Assembly: GCF_006345805.1 (NCBI RefSeq)
Contig: NC_042997.1
Location: 52,204,001-52,268,000, forward strand
Source: Octopus sinensis
Taxonomy: Eukaryota
DNA length: 64,000 nt
Reading direction: 5' to 3'
Positions 62,417-64,000 of this stretch are shown here, one piece after another. The position numbers were made by a program, and so were the translations under genes. The notes under the pieces were generated by a model. It saw nothing but the letters and a program-made list of their open reading frames with translations. It ran no database searches and was not told the DNA's origin. Numbering within the stretch: the first letter of the stretch is position 1; each line of letters opens with the position of its first letter.

Positions 62417-64000
62417 GTGAGTTGGAATTTAAAATTTACTGAATTTTCTTTCTTCTGTATATATCAAGTCTTAATATGATTTCAAATCTACTCTTCTCTT
62501 CATCTACTGCACTCATTACACTATTGCTGTTTACTTATCCTATCTCACCTGGCACAAAGCCACCTCTTCCATTACCCCCCTCCTCCTCCCACAGGATCTT
62601 TGTCTTGCAAGTAACTTGGTGACTTTGCTGGTGCTTGTGCCATGTAAAGAGCATCCAGTCCACATTGTTAAGTAGTTGGCATTAGGAAGGGCATCCAACT
62701 AAAAACAACATGCCAAAGCAGACCTCACCAGTACTCAGTCCATTCTGTAAAGTGCTTGGTGCAGTCCCCTGGCTTGCCAAAGTGTGATGAGTGGGTTAGG
62801 GATACCTGAGTGGTAGAGGTATGAGACAGTTCTAGTTAGCCAAGGCTACATAACTAGTACTATGAAGTTCAGAGAGAGGGGAATCTGTCTTTTTGTGATT
62901 AAATACCAATCAGTCAAGTGGCCCTTCTTTAAATGCAATCCAGGATGCTTATGTGTGTAGTATCATGGTCTAGCTTTTTGGGGATGAAATATCTTCCAGC
63001 ATCTGAAGGTGCATTCCTGGCTTGCTAAGGATGGGCTTTCACTAGGAGAGATCCTCAGTGGTAGTGAAGCTCAGCATTTTGAATGACTTTAAAAATGCAG
63101 TGTGGATTTAACAAGTAGAAAAATATTGGCAAGTTCTATGTCCATGAAAAAACAACCATGAAATATTTGCTGTTTGGAAAGTGCCACAAACACTTGCAAA
63201 GCTTTAGATGACCTGGGACTTTCATAGAAGACACTTGCCCAAGGTGCTACACAGTGGAACTGAACCCAAAAGCATGTGGTTAAGAAACAAACTTCTTAAC
63301 CACACAGCCACACATTTGTGTGTGCAAAGAAATTAAAGGCTGTAAAAGGACACAGACTGATTTTCCTGAACCAAAGGTTGCAACTGATTTTGCTAACAAT
63401 TTCATATGATGAAGATGTTAATCAAAATTCAAGAAATAAATTGCAGATTTTGTTTATAGTTGCATTGTCTGTTACTAGTTTAGCAAACTGAGATTAATTC
63501 TTACATACTGCTGAACCATAGTGACACAAACAGGATTGAATAGCTGGACAACATTGGACTTGGTATTAAAACAGGCATAATTAGTAATTAAAATTTTGCT
63601 AGTTTGATCAATGCACTTGCGACAACAAAAGCATGAAAGATTCATGTAAAAATTAACCATGAATACAAGAATGTTACTTACCATGATCTAGTTAAGTATA
63701 TGTACAGTTTTGAAAATTAATAAAATTTGTTATATGTAAAGTTAAATATTATTTTATTTGTCTGTTTCTTAGTCTCTATACAGCCCATGTAGCTGACTTC
63801 TTACATATAAAGCAATTTTCCAAACTAAAGATATAACAGACATTCATTTTGCATGTTTGCCTCATTACTTTAGCTATATGACTTTGAGCAACACTGAATG
63901 ACATAAATATCAAGTGGCTTACAAATTATATAAGTATGATTGGTAAGCTAGACTTCATTAGTTCCAGATTTACAACTGTGATATTGTACAATGATATACT

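Noticed and set aside
62417-64000. Search for the next NLE1 exon (G.LCRTL.GH.HWVN)
   Set aside because: No matching open segment with splice sites was found, so the gene presumably continues beyond the window.

Overview
AT-rich, microsatellite-dense animal genomic DNA. The repeat families suggest a coleoid cephalopod, probably Octopus (inferred from recalled SINE/LINE families, not verified). Two spliced genes sit head-to-head around a ~670 bp promoter. On the minus strand is mitochondrial ribosomal protein MRPL18 (4 coding exons reconstructed by hand, 41069 down to 1912, continuing past the left edge). On the plus strand is Notchless NLE1 (8 coding exons, 41742-62416, continuing past the right edge). 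The introns are filled with tRNA-derived SINEs, RTE, CR1/L2 and HERO-like LINE fragments, a Gypsy integrase+LTR remnant, mariner/Tc1/pogo relics and a Helitron-like element. The most striking signal is two unrelated fold-back (inverted) insertions in MRPL18 introns, each carrying type I hammerhead ribozyme motifs with a palindromic stem III. One is a ~1.55 kb palindrome built from a 535 bp tandem unit (Penelope pLTR/retrozyme-like, 23860-25413). The other is a ~430 bp hairpin of a tRNA-headed element with a minimal hammerhead (11670-12097). No CRISPR array, rRNA or intact tRNA gene was found. Repeat boundaries were read by eye and are approximate.
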